A DNA stretch of 64,000 bases from NCBI GenBank assembly GCA_965214605.1, contig OZ243961.1:2400001-2464000 (forward strand), given 5' to 3'. Below the pieces are notes generated by a model, which was not told the DNA's origin, searched no databases, and worked only from the letters and a program-made list of their open reading frames with translations. Made by a program: the position numbers and the translations under genes. Below, piece by piece: positions 60,227 to 64,000 of this stretch. Within the stretch, counting starts at the first letter, position 1, and each line of letters starts with the position of its first letter. Source of the DNA: an uncultured Candidatus Binatia bacterium. Lineage in GTDB: Bacteria; Desulfobacterota; Binatia; Bin18.

Positions 60227-62482
60227 TCAGAACCGGAACCGTACGCCGCCGAATATCCCAAACGGTGCGCCAGGACTCAGAAAACGTTCAACTCCTGTCT
60301 CGTCAAGAGTATTCTCAAACAGTGCGCCGTAGCTCTCATACTCTTTGTCAAACAGATTCTCGCAGCGAACAAAGATATCAAAACGTTCGGTCTTATGGGC
60401 CAGCTGGATGTTAGTGACAAAATACGGATCAAGCCTGGTGTGGGTGTTGGCCTCATCGCCACGAAGATACTGACCGTCTACATAGGCGCCATCAAAACTA
60501 AACCACAGACGGGCAGGGAGGGCGATTTCTAGACCGCCATTTACCCGGTGGGCTGGCACCAGCGGTAACCGGTCGCCGGCTTTGACCTGGGCCAGGCGTT
60601 TTTCGTTGGCAAAGGTGAACAAGTGCGCTTCATCTTCGAAGGTTGCTTCAGTCAGGGTGTAGTTGGCAAACCAGCTGCCCCAGCTCCAGCGGCCGCGCAG
60701 TAGGAACTCAAGACCCTGACGGCGGGTGGCCTCGACATTCTGAAAGAAGCCTAACACCCGGCTCTTAGGCTCGTTGCGGAACAGAATGTCATCTTTGAGA
60801 TCGGTCCGATAGAAGACAAGCGAAGCCTGGAGGTTCGGTGGGGAAGACCAGCGCAGGCCGGTTTCCCACGTCTTGCCCTTGACCGCTTTGAGCGGTGGAT
60901 CGTCGACGATGGCGGTTGGCACCGGACAGGGCGCTTCAGGGTTGGCGCAGGTCAGCTCAATCGCTGTTGGTGCACGGTAGCTCTGGCTGTAGCTGGCGTA
61001 TAGGTCGAGGTTCTCGGTCAGTTGGTAGCTAGCGCCGATGGCCGGGTTGAAGCGGTCAAAGGTGTGGCTACCGCCGGCGTCTGTACCGTTGTCTTCTTCA
61101 TCGCCGGCAAGGCGGTCTGTAATCTTCAGATAGGTGACATCGTAGCGGCCAGACACAGTGACGGCCAGTCTCTCAATCGGTTCGAATGTGGTGGTGAGAA
61201 ACGGGCCGCCAGCATGGGTTTGGGTTTTGACGTTGGTTTCGATCTCAAAACCTTCTTCCTCCTGTTTCTGTTCCTCGGCATCTTCATCAAGGTCCTCGAA
61301 CAGATGTCCTTCAAATTCGTCGTCTTCCTCCCCTTCTAGTTCGGCAATCATATGATCGAGCCGCGCGCCGCCGTAATCTACGCCTGCAGCGATGGTCAAC
61401 GGGATACCAAACACCTGTCCCTGGTAGGCTAGCTGCGCGGTTGTCCCCCAGCTCTTCTGATTGGTCCGAGCATCGACATCCTCTTCAACATCGCGATTGA
61501 ACTGGTCCACGTCGAGCAGCCGACCGAACAGCTGGGTAGACAGGGTGAGCTCAGGGGCGATCTTGCGCTGATAGACGCCATTCAGAAACCACAGCACGGG
61601 CTGGAAGCGGTCGGGATGGGTAAAGACGGCGGAGCGGTCGCGTTTGAGTCGACTCTCGGGTAGGGGGCCGTTGCCGGTTAAGCGGTTATGGACCGAGGTC
61701 AGCGACAGGCTGGCATTCTGGACTTTGTCCATATAGCCGAGTTTGCTAAACACGTTGCCGACATGACCGTCGGAGAAATCTCGAAAGCCGTCTTCGAGAA
61801 AAAAACTGCCCGACAGGAAGTAGTCGAATTTGCCACGGCTGCCACCGGTTTGCAACAGAGTCCGCAGCCGACCAAAACTGCCGCCCCAGACTTCAGCGTT
61901 GGTCCCCGGATGGCTGAAACCTCGCTTGGTGCGCATGACAAGCGCGCCGCCGAGGGTATTCCGGCTATAGACCGGGTTTGAGCCGGGGATTAGTTCAATC
62001 CGGTCAATCGCATCGCTCGGAATCAGGTCCCAATTGACCTGGTCGGCCAGGGGTTCGTTAACCCGAGCCCCGTCCACAAATACGCTCAGACCCGGGGGGG
62101 TGCCAATCAGAAACGAACTGGTAAAGCCGCGGTAGCTGAAGTCGGGCTGAAACGGGTTGTTCTGGACGTGGGTAAGATTGATGCCGGCGAATTCTCGAGA
62201 CAGAAAGTCGGTCATATTGAGGGCTCCGCGGTTGGTCAGGCGTTCGCCGGTGGTGATCTGGACGTTGGCTGGTACCTGCTTGCGAGACAGGCCAAGACCC
62301 ATTAACGGTGTCGTTCCCCGAACCTCTATATCGGGCAGACTCACCGGCGCTTGCTGGGGGGAGACTGTCTGGGCTGGGGCGTAGGGGACATCGGCGAGGC
62401 TCAACAAGCCTGCCAGAACAAGGATATAATACAATATTCTTGTCTTTATTAAGGTCTGGAGATGAGCGGCAATACCGTTCAC
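60227..62482 (-). CDS. TonB-dependent outer-membrane receptor
   Basis: Signal peptide, plug motif NPFQPDFSYRGF...VNWDLIP...IELIPGSNP, ELTCANPEAPC, ENLFD and C-terminal Phe. Confidence 0.95.
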   Translation of the reverse strand: MNGIAAHLQTLIKTRILYYILVLAGLLSLADVPYAPAQTVSPQQAPVSLPDIEVRGTTPLMGLGLSRKQVPANVQITTGERLTNRGALNMTDFLSREFAGINLTHVQNNPFQPDFSYRGFTSSFLIGTPPGLSVFVDGARVNEPLADQVNWDLIPSDAIDRIELIPGSNPVYSRNTLGGALVMRTKRGFSHPGTNAEVWGGSFGRLRTLLQTGGSRGKFDYFLSGSFFLEDGFRDFSDGHVGNVFSKLGYMDKVQNASLSLTSVHNRLTGNGPLPESRLKRDRSAVFTHPDRFQPVLWFLNGVYQRKIAPELTLSTQLFGRLLDVDQFNRDVEEDVDARTNQKSWGTTAQLAYQGQVFGIPLTIAAGVDYGGARLDHMIAELEGEEDDEFEGHLFEDLDEDAEEQKQEEEGFEIETNVKTQTHAGGPFLTTTFEPIERLAVTVSGRYDVTYLKITDRLAGDEEDNGTDAGGSHTFDRFNPAIGASYQLTENLDLYASYSQSYRAPTAIELTCANPEAPCPVPTAIVDDPPLKAVKGKTWETGLRWSSPPNLQASLVFYRTDLKDDILFRNEPKSRVLGFFQNVEATRRQGLEFLLRGRWSWGSWFANYTLTEATFEDEAHLFTFANEKRLAQVKAGDRLPLVPAHRVNGGLEIALPARLWFSFDGAYVDGQYLRGDEANTHTRLDPYFVTNIQLAHKTERFDIFVRCENLFDKEYESYGALFENTLDETGVERFLSPGAPFGIFGGVRFRF

Positions 62483-62701
62483 GGGCCAACGTGAGTTAAT
62501 ACACCCCTCAATGGAATAGACGTGCAGCTAGCGCTGCCTGAGGCCCTCCCGCTGAACATCAGTTCCGTCCAACACTCAGAGCGTTTCGCGTTGTCGCTTT
62601 TATGGTCTAGGCTGAACCTTATCAGGGACTTGAAGAACACTATCAGAGCAGTGACACCCTGAGGTATAATACTTTTCACGTGCCTCCCTGTATGATCACC
62701 A

Positions 62702-62719
62702 CGGTATGAGAACATACCG
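62702..62719. promoter_or_regulatory. Perfect palindrome CGGTATG-N4-CATACCG, possible operator or hairpin
   Basis: Lies in the divergent intergenic region between the TonB receptor and NAMPT. Confidence 0.4.
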
Positions 62720-62831
62720 GCTGGGCTTCGTCAAGGACAAGTTATATAGGAGGCGCGGGGTCAGTGGTTAGTGATGTTAAAGAGGCAGGAAAGGGGGACG
62801 GGCCACTAACCACCACATAAAGTAGGGAAAG

Positions 62832-64000
62832 ATGCTGGACAATATTCTGCTGCTGACGGATTCGTATAAGATGACGCACTGGAAGATGTACCCGCCGAAG
62901 ACCGAGCATATCTATTCCTATCTGGAGGCTCGGCAGGGAGGCGAGTACGGAGAGGTAGTGCTCTTTGGGTTGCAATACTTACTGATGAAGTATTTGGGCG
63001 GTGTGGTGGTGACACAGGAGAAGATTGAGCGGACGGCGCGGTTTATGGCCGCTCACTTTGGCGCGCCGGAGGTGTTTAACCGGGAAGGTTGGGAGCGTGT
63101 CCTCCGTCACCACGGAGGCAGACTACCGGTCGAGATCCGGGCCGCTCCCGAAGGCCTCGTCGTGTCCGAAGGTAATGTCCTGCTCACCATCGAAAACACC
63201 TGCCGGCACTGTGCTTGGCTGGTGAATCATCTGGAAACGCTGCTGGTGGAGATGTGGTACCCATGTACGGTAGCGACCATATCGCGCGAGATGAAAAAAA
63301 TCATCAAGGCCGGCTTGGAGCGGTCGGGAACGCCGAGCGAAGATGCTCTGGCCTTTAAGCTGCACGATTTTGGTTTTCGGGGTTCGACCTCACCTGAATC
63401 CGCAGCCCTCGGAGGAGCGGCCCATTTGGTGAACTTTCAGGGCACGGATACCCTAGCGGCCTGCGAGCTGCTAATCGAGTATTACGAGGCTGAGATGCCG
63501 GGGACGAGTATTCCGGCGGCCGAACATTCGACGATTACCGTGTGGGGGGAAGACGGTGAGGGAGACGCATTTGCGTATATCCTCGACCAATATCCGACCG
63601 GCTTGGTTTCAGTCGTGTCCGACTCATGGGATGTGTATCGAGCGTGTCAGGAGTTATGGGGACGACGTCTTAAAGATCAGGTTCAACAGCGCCAGGGCTG
63701 CCTTGTCGTCCGGCCTGACTCTGGTCCGCCTGAAGTGGTCGTGCCAGACTGTCTAGACGTGCTAGGCAAGCAGTTTGGCTATAGCGTCAACTCCAAAGGC
63801 TACAGGGTCTTACCCGACACAGTGCGGTTGATTCAGGGCGATGGTATCAAGCGCCAGACCTTGGCTGGTCTCGTGCGTGCTATTCTGGAACGTGGCTGGT
63901 CGCTTGATTGTGTAACGTTTGGTTCGGGTGGTGGGCTACTCCAGGACTGTGATCGGGACACCCAAAATTTTGCTCTCAAGTGTGCCCACAGTACTGTGGC
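62832..64000 (+). CDS. nadV: Nicotinamide phosphoribosyltransferase (NAMPT), runs off the window
   Basis: Manual translation, open to the window end and absent from the ORF track: MLDNILLLTDSYKMTH, LHDFGFRG, GTDT, AAEHS, VSDSWD, RPDSG, IQGDG and FGSGGGLLQ. Confidence 0.93.
   Translation, partial: MLDNILLLTDSYKMTHWKMYPPKTEHIYSYLEARQGGEYGEVVLFGLQYLLMKYLGGVVVTQEKIERTARFMAAHFGAPEVFNREGWERVLRHHGGRLPVEIRAAPEGLVVSEGNVLLTIENTCRHCAWLVNHLETLLVEMWYPCTVATISREMKKIIKAGLERSGTPSEDALAFKLHDFGFRGSTSPESAALGGAAHLVNFQGTDTLAACELLIEYYEAEMPGTSIPAAEHSTITVWGEDGEGDAFAYILDQYPTGLVSVVSDSWDVYRACQELWGRRLKDQVQQRQGCLVVRPDSGPPEVVVPDCLDVLGKQFGYSVNSKGYRVLPDTVRLIQGDGIKRQTLAGLVRAILERGWSLDCVTFGSGGGLLQDCDRDTQNFALKCAHSTV

Noticed and set aside
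1-64000. CRISPR array, rRNA, intact tRNA, or DGR/retron
   Set aside because: No regularly spaced repeats, cloverleaf or reverse transcriptase motifs were noticed by eye. A tool scan would be needed to exclude them fully.

Overview
GC-rich bacterial chromosomal segment. Most of it is intact metabolic and housekeeping genes: two CoA-transferases III, LOG, TraB/GumN, an ArsS-type radical SAM, LLM oxidoreductases, OPT/NhaC/MFS transporters, a DUF58-vWA cluster, gpmI, an SPL-like radical SAM operon, engB, a site-2 protease, dCMP deaminase, lpxL, ferritin-like and PqqC/CADD-like diiron proteins, tldDE, TenA, an M20 peptidase, a TonB-dependent receptor and a NAMPT that runs off the right end. These genes are interspersed with heavily decayed remnants that the ORF track does not show: IS630 and IS5 transposases, type I R-M hsdM/hsdS, tandem porins, an ABC ATPase, ParA, HicB and an HsdR-N-like nuclease. 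The gene mix resembles Binatia/Tectomicrobia-like Gram-negatives, which is inference only. No rRNA, intact tRNA or CRISPR array was seen. The best leads for undescribed biology are the GT2 + unknown protein + non-canonical SPL-like radical SAM + flavin reductase operon, the diiron oxidase/amidohydrolase/VOC operon, ArsS paired with an LLM oxidoreductase, a structured leader before NAMPT, a LutH-like receptor with an acidic loop, and remnants that have decayed toward extreme GC. All family calls come from motif recognition, not database searches.
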